From contig OZ037772.1 of the NCBI GenBank assembly GCA_964035545.1, positions 2,356,001 through 2,420,000 on the forward strand: a stretch of 64,000 bases of DNA, written 5' to 3'. The position numbers and the translations under genes are program-made. Source of the stretch: Bugula neritina (lineage: Eukaryota > Animalia > Bryozoa). Shown here in pieces: positions 22,501-34,549 of the stretch. The notes below the pieces were generated by a model that saw only the letters and a program-made list of their open reading frames with translations, ran no database searches and was not told where the DNA came from. Every line of letters starts with the position of its first letter. The first letter of the stretch is position 1.

Positions 22501-24677
22501 GTGGTGAGATGTTCATTCATATAAATGAGACAACTCCGTACTTACCTAGTCACTAAACTGGTGGTGTATGTAGCTTATAGCATGTAACAGTAGACACCAT
22601 TCCTCTGGTGGTGACTACATGACATTTCGGCATTTTGCCAAGTCACTTTGAGATATTCCACAGACAGGCTATGAACATCCCCCTGTTAATTCTTTTTTGA
22701 ATGCTGAGAAAATTTGTGTTAAGTACCGGTTGGCATAAGTCATTCATCTATTATATTGATGTTGTTTCAACCACAGATATTTCTCTCAGCACCTTTCCAG
22801 AAAATCTGCAGGTGTCTGATATGCTTGCATTATCAGGTGTCTGCAGGTGTCAGTTCTGTTGTATTGTCAGGCACCGGATGAATTGAAAGGTGACACTGTT
22901 TGTACCCGGATGTGACCACGCAGGAATAGCCACTCAAGTTGTCGTCGAGAAAAAACTCGCTAGAGAAGAGAATAAAACTCGACACGATTTGGGACGAAAT
23001 GAGTTTGTGAGACGAGTGTGGGACTGGAAGAACCAGTAAGGGAATATTTTATCTTGAAAATGCATTTCATAGCGACTTAGTATTCGGGTTTGAGTTCTTA
23101 TTTTATCTTATTGGTGTGCAGTTGCTACAGTTTGATATAAGATAATATAATAGCGTTAATACGATAAAATTCTTATATATAATTGAATATACAAAAAGTT
23201 AAATATAGGTTTACTTCATCACACTCTATCATTGGTCTCATTATTTAAGTTGCTAATATAACTAAGTTTTGCAGCACAACGATTGGTCAGTGTTATTATA
23301 TAATTTCTATAGAAAAGGAGACAGAATCTACCATCAGTTGAGGAAAGTGGGCGGGTCTTATGACTGGGACAGAACTACGTTCACTATGGATGAGGTGAGG
23401 AGTTATCCTCTCTATACATGTATTATGTTTGAGTAGTGGAGTCTATATGCCGTGTCGACTGTTTACTGACTCAGTGTGTTATCCTCTCTATGATTGGTTA
23501 ATCATGAGGCCTGGTCTCCAATCAGCTCACACTTGACACATGACTCATATATACTTGTTTATTAGAAATCTTTAAAAGCGGTGAACGAAGCGTTTATCAG
23601 AATGCACGAGAAAGGTGTGATCTACAGAGCTAACCGACTGGTCAACTGGTCCTGTACTCTCAACTCTGCCATCTCTGATATTGAGGTATACCGTACAGTA
23701 TAAGTCTGACTCCCGGCTGTGTGTATGTCAACTGGTTATTCACTGCGAGACTTGTGTGTTGGTGGTAACTAACCTAATAGTAGTATTCAGACACAGCCTG
23801 ATATATTACATTATGACTATCTTCGAATGAATACATCAATGAGACCACAGCCAGATATTCATTCGTACGAGCATCCATTTACACAATGTGAACTAATAGA
23901 AAAGAATGAGAACGCAGTGACTCAGAAACACACACTACAGTTTAACCTTTGACCTGTATAGTCTGAGAGAGTTGTATCACTGATTGCAGGTAGACAAAGT
24001 AGAGTTGACAGGAAGGACTATGCTCTCTGTGCCGGGCTACAAAGAGAAAGTGGAGTTCGGAGTTCTCCTTTCCTTTGCATATAAAGTGGAAGACTCTGTC
24101 GAAGAGATCATTGTGGCCACAACTAGATTAGAAACTATGTTGGGTTAGTAGACATCAATGTCACTAATAGCTTTGTTGCTTAGCAACGTAATAATGGCTG
24201 ACTCTTGCTGCCAGTTGAAGTAAGTCCAGTAGATCTCTCTAACTATTCTCACTTTCTCACTTAGGAGCAGTAGTGGAGAACTTGAGATAGCCTAAGTTCT
24301 TTAATTTTATTATTCCATTTTGGTTTAAGGTGCGGGTTGAAGTTTTCAAAGTCCGCTATTAGGTACGATCTATGACGCTGCATTAGACATTTATATCCAA
24401 TGAATTAACGCAAAAGTTTTTCTATCCAATAGGAGTCCGCCGCAACTTATTTGAATCAAGCAGTGCTTGATCCTACCGTACCGCAACACCGGACAGGAAG
24501 CTCTGACATTTATAAAAATGGCTGATATTTGCTGTTACGGCGTACGATACGGTAAGTGTGAATAGGGGGTTAGTGGTTAATTAGCTTGATACTAACTTAC
24601 TGGGAGTTGTGTACTCTGAGTATAGTGACTGTGAAGTTGGATCTGGTAAACACTCAGTAAATATATAATTGTATATC

Positions 24678-24840
24678 AGTAGTATAATAAGCGCCTCTAC
24701 GGCTATGGAAGTAAGCATCTCGTATCGGCCAATTTGTCAACATAGTGTAGACTCTATGGCTATGGAAATTAGCATCTCGTTAACTATGTGAGCATTGTAA
24801 GCCTTAAAGTTGACAGGTGGTAGCTATTAAATTTAGCTTA
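24678..24840 (+). repeat. Polinton left TIR
   Basis: Inverted copy of 40665-40827 with ~3 mismatches. Contains an internal ~29-bp direct repeat ctctayggctatggaartwagcatctcgt. Confidence 0.95.
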
Positions 24841-25057
24841 CAGTGAATACACCTTTTAAGCAATTACTGGAAGGTGGATCAATGATTAGTTTAGCTGTAT
24901 ATCCTTGTCACTAACTTTATAAGTAACAAAATTTACTCACTGAGCTGAGAGTTACACAGTTTGCGAGTCAAAATTTGTGTGTTTTTTGGTATAAAACATC
25001 ACCATTCTGAAATTTACATCATTCATCGTTATATGTTTTGAGCGCAAAGGTTAATCA

Positions 25058-25573
25058 ATGATGACAGAAGTAGAAAATTTTCCCTTGCAAAATAAAGATC
25101 CTATATTTAATGAACAAGATGCAAATGTGGCTGAAGACGAGTTAGATGTGGCGAGAAAAGTTGTACATAATCGGAATACACTCATTAATAAAGTTTCGAC
25201 CAGGAGAGATAATGCAAAGAATGACTGGAGCTTTTCAGAACTAAAAAAGAAACCTATCGCTATTATCCTGGTAGCACTATTTTTATCAATGAATGTAATC
25301 AACATAGTTATGAGCGGTAATGGTAGCTTTTCTGGAAAGATGTTTTCAACTAATTATACTTTAGACAGAATGTTCAATAACTGCACAAAACACTTCGAAA
25401 TGACTGACAATTTAAAACTAGCTGTTTGCAACACTAAAGTTCACGGGGATTTTATAACTATACAATATTTTTTCTTGAATGGTAATATGTCTCAGAGTGA
25501 TGCGTCTTCACCATCTAAGCTGTTAACAGTTTTGACTAAACACATTTTAGAAAATAATTATTACGGAATGTAA
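25058..25573 (+). CDS. Polinton accessory protein with one transmembrane helix
   Basis: KKKP followed by the hydrophobic helix IAIILVALFLSMNVINIVM. Sequons NGS/NYT/NCT/NMS. AATAAA ~30 nt after the stop. Confidence 0.7.
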   Translation: MMTEVENFPLQNKDPIFNEQDANVAEDELDVARKVVHNRNTLINKVSTRRDNAKNDWSFSELKKKPIAIILVALFLSMNVINIVMSGNGSFSGKMFSTNYTLDRMFNNCTKHFEMTDNLKLAVCNTKVHGDFITIQYFFLNGNMSQSDASSPSKLLTVLTKHILENNYYGM

Positions 25574-26269
25574 TGTTTTTCTGTATACAACTCATAGTTT
25601 ATAATAAAATGTTAAACGGAAACAAAAAACATGTCTTATGGTCCAACTCTATTTGCAACTCCATTTTTAAACTTATAACTTGACACAATTTTTCTGAAAC
25701 TCAAAAAGCAGAAAAAAGATAATTAACCTTATGCTAATGATGTCTGAAACTTTGACAAAGTAAAAATTAATATTAGCAAAAATTAGGAGGTGACACAGCG
25801 GTTTCCAATTTAATCAATGGGAAGTAAAACATAATAAAATCTTGTATAACCTACGTAAACTGATATAATATCGCCCAGTAATTAAACCCTAGATGGGTGG
25901 ATTGTATTTAAAATTTAACAACTCAATTCCTCATTATAGTTAGAAATCGGAAAATTTTTCAGCTAAGATGGATGACACGGCAATTTCTAATTTACGGATG
26001 GGAAGTGTCCTAGTTGAAATTTAAATACATATGCAACTGTTAAAACACGTATCACCTACGTAAACTGATATAATATTGCTTACGTGAGTAAACCTTAAAC
26101 CGGCAGATTACAATTAAAATGTTACCACCCAACTCCCTATAATAAAAAAAGGAAAACTTTTAGTTAAGATAAATTTCATTTACGTAGGAATAAATTACAA
26201 AATCTCAGTATATAAAAGCCTCGAAAAACTTCTATGTTTCATCGCATCTCAAACCATACAGCAAACACC

Positions 26270-27660
26270 ATGGGAGATTTAGTAAAGAAGTTAGAAGCTG
26301 AACTACTACAACTTAGAAGAAAAGTGGGAGAAACGAGTACTAGTTCCAGTACAGTTGAACCACTCAAAGCCTTAAAGCCTTCTAAAAGAAAAAAGTAAGT
26401 AATAATATATTTCTTTTGGATATCTCACCACTAACCTGTTAGAATATTATTAACATGAGAATGATTTTAGTTTACTATAGTGTTAGCTTTCTATAACTAT
26501 GCTAACCACTAACCTGTTAGAATATTATTAACATGAGAATGATTTTAGTTTACTATAGTGTTAGCTTTCTATAACTATGCTAACCACTAACCTGTTAGAA
26601 TATTATTAACACGAGAATGATTTTAGTTTACTATAGTGTTAGCTTTCTATAATTATGCTAACCTTTTTTATCAGCTAAAAGTAGCATCTTATTCATTACA
26701 ATAATATTATTTTAGTGAATCTAAGTCTGGTGAATCAAAGCGTAAGAAACCTGCATCAATTCCAAAGGTGGATGAGTCGACTAGCGAGCCATCTGTATCT
26801 ACCAGCGTGAGGTTAGTAGAATATCGTAAATCATCAATCATCTGTAAGACTCACAATTAATTATATTCACTTGACAAACTATAAACAAATAAACAGACGT
26901 TTGTCGTGTAATAAATTATATTACGTAGAATAAGTTACATATTATAAAACATAGTAATAGATCCCTCTTTTTTAGCGCTACTACCACTCCTTCCTCTATG
27001 ACGTCGTCTATTCCATCCGCTAGTTCCTCTACTGGTACAACTGTTACTACAAGTGATGATGCTGCCACTGCTGCTACCGCTGTCGATCAGAGCAAAACAC
27101 CTGCAAATGAAGAAGGTTGCTATCTAGTCCCTCTTAATTATGATCAATCACAATTATCCTACTACACTGACAATGACAAGATAATACCTACATTTAATCA
27201 TTCGCGTAAATTCTTTTTTAAATCCGATGAATTTATAGGTGAATTAAAAATATACGAGTCGAAAATTCCCAACAGTGGGCCATGTTTATATGTGAAAAAA
27301 TCTAAAAATCTAGAACTTTTTAAAACAAAGCTAGCTAAAATTTTTGAAAAAAAAGTTAAGTTTTACGGTAAAAGTGAAAATGCATCATTGCTGGGATGTT
27401 ATGTTGACGTGGTCAGAAACATGGAAGACGAAATTTGCGTAAATGCTGTAGTCAATGGACAACCTGTGTTATTAAATGTACAACAACTGTATGGAAAAGT
27501 GGGAAAATTGACATGCGTATTGAGAAGCGGTGTGATAAAAAAAGTAAACGAGGACTTATTTTGGTCACTAAATGTGACCGAAATCAAACTAGACGACATA
27601 TCACCGGATGAATATAATTATTTTAAACGATCGGAGCCGATCATAAAATTTTTAGGCTGA
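26270..27660 (+). CDS. Polinton 3-exon gene (26270-26394, 26716-26811, 26976-27660; 301 aa), putative ssDNA-binding protein
   Basis: TATAAAA at 26211 and ATG in acc context. Two phase-2 GT-AG introns join in frame without stops. NLS-like KRKK, S/T-rich linker, beta-rich C-terminal domain. The function is an inference. Confidence 0.72.
26427..26662. repeat. 78-bp tandem repeat x3 within the first intron of the 3-exon gene
   Basis: accactaacctgttagaatatt recurs at 26427, 26505 and 26583. Confidence 0.9.
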
Positions 27661-27777
27661 CGGACTGACACTGACTCTCTAATATAAATATGTTGTATTT
27701 TTTGGTGATGGGGAAATATTTTATGTTGGTGAATGGAATACTTTTATGCGTATTATTGTTTAAAATATTGTTACAAT

Positions 27778-29260
27778 ATATCTCAATATATAATTAGTGA
27801 AAAGAAATTCAATACTATCTCTGCCACTATTAAACACAAAATGTATAAAAGCGAGTTGTTAATACACAACATCTATATATTACAATCTATCTCAATATAT
27901 ACTCAATGAAAAAAAATTCAATACTATCTCTGCCACTATTAAACACAAAATGTATAAAAGCGAGTTGTTAATATACAACATCTATATATTACAATCTATC
28001 TCAATATATACTCAATGAAAAGAAATTCAATACTAGCACCGCTACTATTGAATGTATAAAAGCGAGTTAATATACAACATCTATATATTACAATCTATCT
28101 CAATATATACTCAATGAAAAGAAATTCAATACTAGCACCGCTACTATTGAATGTATAAAAGCGAGTTAATATACAACATCTATATATTACAATCTATCTC
28201 AATATATACTCAATGAAAAGAAATTCAATACTATCTCTGCCACTATTAAACCTAAAATGTATAAAAACGAGTTGTTAATATACAATATCTATATACTTCA
28301 ATCTATCTCAATATATACTCGATGAAAAGAAATTCAATACTATCTCTGCCACTATTAAACACAAAATGTATAAAAGCGAGTTGTTAATACACAACATCTA
28401 TATATTACAATCTATCTCAATATATACTCGATGAAAAGAAATTCAATACTATCTCTGCCACTATTAAACCCAAAATGTATAAAAGCGAGTTGTTAATATA
28501 CAACTTCTATATATTACAATCTATCTCAATATATACTCGATGAAAAGAAATTCAATACTATCTCTGCCACTATTAAACACAAAATGTATAAAAGCGAGTT
28601 GTTAATATACAATATCTATATACTTCAATCTATTTCAATATATACTCGATGAAAAGAAATTCAATACTATCTCTGCCACTATTAAACACAAAATGTATAA
28701 AAGCGAGTTGTTAATATACAATATCTATATACTTCAATCTATCTCAATATATACTCGATGAAAAGAAATTCAATACTATCTCTGCCACTATTAAACACAA
28801 AATGTATAAAAGCGAGTTGTTAATATACAATATCTATATACTTCAATCTATTTCAATCTATTTCAATATATCTTAATATATACTCGATGAAAAGAAATTC
28901 AATACTATCTCTGCCACTATTAAACACAAAATGTATAAAAGCGAGTTGTTAATATACAATATCTATATACTTCAATCTATCTCAATATATACTCGATGAA
29001 AAGAAATTCAATACTATCTCTGCCACTATTAAACACAAAATGTATAAAAGCGAGTTGTTAATATACAATATCTATATACTTCAATCTATTTCAATCTATT
29101 TCAATATATCTTAATATATACTCGATGAAAAGAAATTCAATACTATCTCTGCCACTATTAAACACAAAATGTATAAAAGCGAGTTGTTAATATACAATAT
29201 CTATATACTTCAATCTATTTCAATCTATTTCAATATATCTTAATATATACTCGATGAAAA
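27778..29260 (+). repeat. ~109-bp tandem array (13 units, each with a TATAAAA box) upstream of pPolB
   Basis: gtataaaa(g)cgagtt recurs at ~27843, 27952, 28054, 28153, 28259, 28368, 28477, 28586, 28695, 28804, 28933, 29042 and 29171. Confidence 0.92.
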
Positions 29261-29471
29261 AGTTTAAAACACTGTTCTTCTGGCTCTGATGAAGAGTGTA
29301 GTAAACCTGACAATTCTATCTGATAATGCCACTATATGTCAAGTATATACATTTATGAGTGTATCTATTTACATATTATTAAACAATATCTCTATTTGAA
29401 GTAATTTTCTTTGATCCTTGCATCTCTATCAAGGTGGTTAAAAGAATAATTTATACTTCAATGTTTTAGAG

Positions 29472-32400
29472 AAATTCAAGTGCCACATATGTGGAAAAAG
29501 TTATAAACACAGGCAAAGTTTGAGCAGGCACCAAAGTATCCACAAAAAAAGATGTGATCAATGTAAACGGTTGTATGCACCGTGGAAAACAAATCACCGA
29601 TGTCATAACACGGTAATTTATCTACTGAGTGATACGATACGATATGAATATGATCATACTACATATACTATCACAACAAATTCAAAGCTAACTAATCAAT
29701 GGTAATCTTGGTAAATTTTAGAATACAAACTCAAACGGAGCAGAGAGAAGGTCAAACAAAAAGCCTCAAACCACATTCAGTGATGATATTGAACGCTATC
29801 AGTACAAAGGCATTTACGAAGAGGAAACAAATGCTCTATTGAGAAAAAACTGGTCAGCTATAAGAACGTACAACAGAAAAGGGAAATATTGTAGTGTCTA
29901 CAATCGATTGATAAAAGACAATGACATTATTTCAACTTTAAACAATAAAGAAGTGAAATTAATATTTCATGAACAAACATTGAAATTCAAATGCAATGCT
30001 TCAATTGGTTTTATCCTTTTGAATCAAAATGAGGAAAAGTTGAGATACTTTCATGCTAGCATGGGTGTTGATAAACTTTTTGCCTCGCCAAAGCTAATAG
30101 AGAATTTACGAGATTTCAATCAACTTGTGAAAGAAATGACAGAAAAAGATTTCATAGAGAAAGCAACTCAAAACAGGCCAAACACTTCGTGGAGTGTTCA
30201 CAAAATAACAAATATTACATTGTATGTATTTCCTATACCAGATCACAATATCGGATGCCCTATATCTCCATCTGAGAGAACAAAACAAAACAAAGCAATT
30301 ATAACAGCTAGCACTGATACAACTGGAAGACTGTATGAAGACAACTTATGTCTATTTAGAGCTCTAGCTTACTCAAAGGGGCAGCAGAGTACTTTAACAC
30401 AGTCTACGAAACATTATTATGAAATGTACTTGAATGGTATGAACAAACTGAATCAAGATTTTACAGGAGTGCCTTTATCAGACCTCAGATTTGCCGAGCG
30501 AATACTGAACTGTTCTATTAATGTGTACACCTTGGAATACAATACAGGGAAAGAAGCTAATGCAAAGCTTATGTACAGAGCCACTACCAATTACAAACAC
30601 AAACTAAACTTACATCTAGAGGAATCACATTTCAGTTGGATAAAAAACATCTCTCTTTACACAAAGTCATACAAATGTACATTTTGTAACAAGCTAATGA
30701 AATCAGTCAGAGCGTTGAATAGTCATAACACAGTATGTACAGCTGGTGAAACAAACCTTGTGTATCCCTACGGGGTGTATACTCCGTCTCGATCTATTTT
30801 CGAAAAGCTTGAAGATGTTCACATCACAGTTGATGAAAATAGACGACATTATCCGTACTTTGCTGTGTTTGATTGCGAAACGATGATGTCTTCGATTGAT
30901 TTACCTGCAAACACAAATACAATACACTATGAAAACAAACACAAGTTGGCTTGTATAAGTTTATGCTCAAACGTATCTGGCTATACACAACCAGTGAATT
31001 TCATGAATTCTGGAAATGAATACGAGCTGGTTGTGAAAATGATGGATTTCCTTACAAAGCTGTCTGAAGTATGCTACCAGAGATTGCTTGTTAGATACAA
31101 TGATGTGTTTAAAAAACTACGTGAAAAAGCTGACGAGTGTATCAAGAAAGAAATTGAAGCTAGTTGTAATAACAAAGCAGTGAACAATGTCAAAAAAAAG
31201 TTTGAATCACTAGAAAGTCAACTCCACTGTTATTTGAAAGACTTGATGGTCTTGTCTTTCAACGGCGCTGTCTATGACATTCCATTGATTCGACAACATA
31301 TGCTACGGTATCTATTAGAACAAAACCAAAAAGTTTTGTTTACAGCTAAAAAAGGAAACAAATACATGTGTATTCAAACGGAAAAATTAAGATTTCTAGA
31401 CGTGCTCAATTTCCTTGCTCCAGGGTTTTCGTACTCTGATTATCTAAAAGCTATGGGAGTTGAAGGGGAAAAATTCTTCTGGCCTTATGACATATTTACA
31501 TCTATGGAAGTGCTAGACAGAACAGAGTTCCCCGCTCATGAAGAGTTTTACAGTAAACTGAAAGGTAAAAACATATCCGTTCAGGAGTATGAAAAATGCA
31601 AAGAAATATGGGTACAGAAAGGAATGAAAACATTAAAAGACTTACTAGAGTACTACAATAACGAAGATGTCAGACACTTTATACCAGCATTAGAAAAGCA
31701 AAATGAATTTTACAAATCATGCAATCTTGATTTCAAGTCAGCTATATCTATACCAGGACTAGCGATTCAATATTTATTTCAATTAAAAGACCCAGAAGCG
31801 CCAATCTTTCTGTTTGGTGATAAGTTTAAAGACATTCACCAACTTATCAAATCAAACATTAGAGGTGGTTTATCAATTGTGTTCTCAAGGTATCAAGAAG
31901 CTGGCGCAACAAAGATTAAACCTGAATACTTTGGTGATCAAGCCAAAACTACACAAACATGTGTAGGGTATGATGCGACAAGTTTATATTTGAGTTGCCT
32001 AGTGAAAGATATGCCCACAGGAGCCTTTGTAAGAAGGCGGAGAGAAAATAGCTTTAGAATAGAAAAAAGCTACTATTCGGGTGAAAAAGCTACAGTATGG
32101 CTAAAATACATGTCAAAGCTGCTCGGAGTCAAAATTCAACACAAGTTTAATAGCACCGAACGTCGAATAGGTGGACGAAACATACCAGTCGATGGATACG
32201 CTCTGGCGAGTGATGGTAGTGAACTAGTGTTCAACTACTCAGGATGCTGGTTTCACGGACATCTATGCGACTATTGTCCAAATGGAAAGTTTAATAACAA
32301 AGAAAAAGATTTACAAAATCAAATAGACACATACAATACGCTGAAATATTTCCAAGATTTGGGTTACAGAGTCTACCATACTTGGGAGTGTGAATTTGAT

Positions 32401-33872
32401 AATTTGAAAAAGGAAAACAGTGATGTCAGTGAGTTCTGCTCAAATCTGGACTTCATTGTTGATTCAAGATACGTAATATCAGAAAGCAAAATACTAGAAG
32501 AAATCAAAAATGGTTCAATGTTTGGAATGGCTGAAGTTGATATAGAAACACCTGAAGACTTGAAAACAATATTTGCTGAATATCAACCTATACAAAAAAA
32601 TGTACTGATATCAAGGGATGACATAGGCCCACACATGAAACAATTTGCAGAACGAAATGGTTTACTAAAAAAGCCATCACGTACTTTAATCAGTAGCTAT
32701 TTCGGGAACAAAATCCTTTTGTCCACCCCGCTACTGCAATGGTACCTACAACACGGCTTAGTGGTTACAAAAGTATATCAAGTAATTCAATACAAGCCAT
32801 CAAAATGCTTCAAGATGTTTGGTGAAAAGGTAATGGAGGCTAGGAGAGCTGGTGACCTCGATTCCTCAAAGAAGATTATATCGGATTCATGCAAACTAAT
32901 AGGTATTTAGTAAATATTGACATGTTTAAACATAGCACTTATTCAATGGTTATTAATATGCAAATCACTTAAGCATCTAGCAAGAGCGATAACTTTTGCA
33001 TTGAATAATTACTCAATATATTTCAAAATAATCCACTTCGCTATATTTCAGGAAACTCTGCGTATGGCCGAACACTAGTCAACCTAGAGAGTCACACTGA
33101 TATCATATATTGTGATGCTGAAGAGACAAACATCTCAAGACTGGTAAACAATCCTAGATTTAACAGCTTACAAGAAATTGATTCTCAACTAGTTGAAATT
33201 GAATCACGAAAAGCTAAGATTAGACTCAATGTACCAGTACAAATTGGCTTTCAAGTATTAGAGTATGCAAAGCTAGCCATGTTGAAATTCTATTACGATT
33301 TCTTGTTAAAGTTTCTATCTCTAGACAGTTTTGCTTTGATTCAAATGGACACTGACTCAATGTATTTAGCTCTAAGTGAAAAAACTTTGTACCTAGCGGT
33401 TAAAAGTGATATGAGAAATGAATTTGAACAAGAACACACTAGTTGGATGTGTAGAGAATATTGCGATGAACACAAGTCACAATATTTTCAATGTATGTTT
33501 AACGGGCAAACCTGGAATCCATTAGACTGTTGTAAAGCTAGTGCCAAGTTCCACAAAAGATCTTTGGGGTTGTTTCACTGCGAAAATGTCTCCCGAGGTG
33601 TTGTAGCGCTTTGCTCCAAATGTTACTATTGTTTCGGGGAAGAACCTAAATACAGTTCAAAAGGTGTCAGTAAATTGCACAACAACTATACCGAAAAAGA
33701 TTACTTCGATGTATTGATAAATCAGAAAATTGCTTACGGTACGAACAAGGGTTTTCGAGTAAAAGGTGAAGAAATATTCACGTACGTTCAAAATCGAAAA
33801 GCTTTAAATTATTTTTACGGAAAGAGAATTGTGTCACAAGATCACGTGACAACCAAACCTACTTTACTGTAA
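29472..33872 (+). CDS. pPolB: Protein-primed family B DNA polymerase, spliced (exons ~29472-29612, 29722-32902, 33052-33872; first exon/ATG uncertain)
   Basis: ExoI FDCET, ExoII FNGAVYD, ExoIII YNNED, motif A YDATSLY, motif B KLIG|NSAYG restored by splicing, motif C DTDS. N-terminal C2H2 finger exon, OTU-like C..H region and a Vsr-like insert. Confidence 0.93.
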
Positions 33873-33953
33873 AAAAACTGTGTTCAGTTAGCGCGTTCAG
33901 TTAATTGGTATTTCACTGTTCGGTTGATAGGTCGCATCAATCAATATTCTACG

Positions 33954-34352
33954 ATGGAAAATTTATACCTATTACAGAAAAACGCTTATAATTATATATG
34001 GTACAAGCTTTTGAAAATGAGTAGACAACATTACGTTAACTATTGTATAACGCAAACCGTTTTGGACATGTACAATAAACATCAAAATTGGAGTGAGGAA
34101 GAAATAAATGAATTGGTCGAACTAGCCGAGGATATGTACGAGACTAACGGTTACGTTCAGTTTTGTAAAGTGGCAAAAGATTTGACTGATCCAAATATCT
34201 CAGCTATTCGCTTAGAAACAATATTTTTCTTGTGCGTGCAAATTTGCAAAATGTATATCGAGGCTGGAGAACACTTCGCAGTGAAATATTTTATTCAACA
34301 GATCCAATGGAACTTGGGAATAGCTCTCGAGAAACAAAACAATGTACAATAG
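33954..34352 (+). CDS. Polinton small all-helical protein, candidate viral Bcl-2-like
   Basis: FCKVAKDLTDPNISAIRLETIFFLCVQIC resembles the BH1 pattern, and ELVELAEDM is BH3-like. Judged by eye only. Confidence 0.5.
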   Translation: MENLYLLQKNAYNYIWYKLLKMSRQHYVNYCITQTVLDMYNKHQNWSEEEINELVELAEDMYETNGYVQFCKVAKDLTDPNISAIRLETIFFLCVQICKMYIEAGEHFAVKYFIQQIQWNLGIALEKQNNVQ

Positions 34353-34378
34353 TTTATTTTGTATATAATTGTGTATAT

Positions 34379-34457
34379 TTGCCTAAACTTGCCTAAACAT
34401 GCCTAAACATGCCTAAACATGCCTGAACTTGCCTAAACATGCCTGAACTTGCCTAAA
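34379..34457. repeat. 10-bp tandem repeat (tgcctaaaca) x~8
   Basis: Directly visible between the Bcl-2-like ORF and the ATPase. Confidence 0.9.
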
Positions 34458-34549
34458 TCTATTTATACTTTTTTATGCCTATTAATATTTTTGTACATTA
34501 CTTGATACAATTATTTGGGAATAAACTCTCGGAATATACAGTTAACATC

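Noticed and set aside
24470-24575. Possible Harbinger-like MITE remnant (taccgta...tacggta)
   Set aside because: Only one convincing terminus and no TSD.
27778-29260. Possible CRISPR-like array
   Set aside because: Units repeat head-to-tail with no unique spacers, there are no cas genes, and the context is eukaryotic.
33279-33872. Separate 197-aa gene, or a broken polymerase
   Set aside because: It is the last exon of pPolB, joined in frame by a GT-AG intron.
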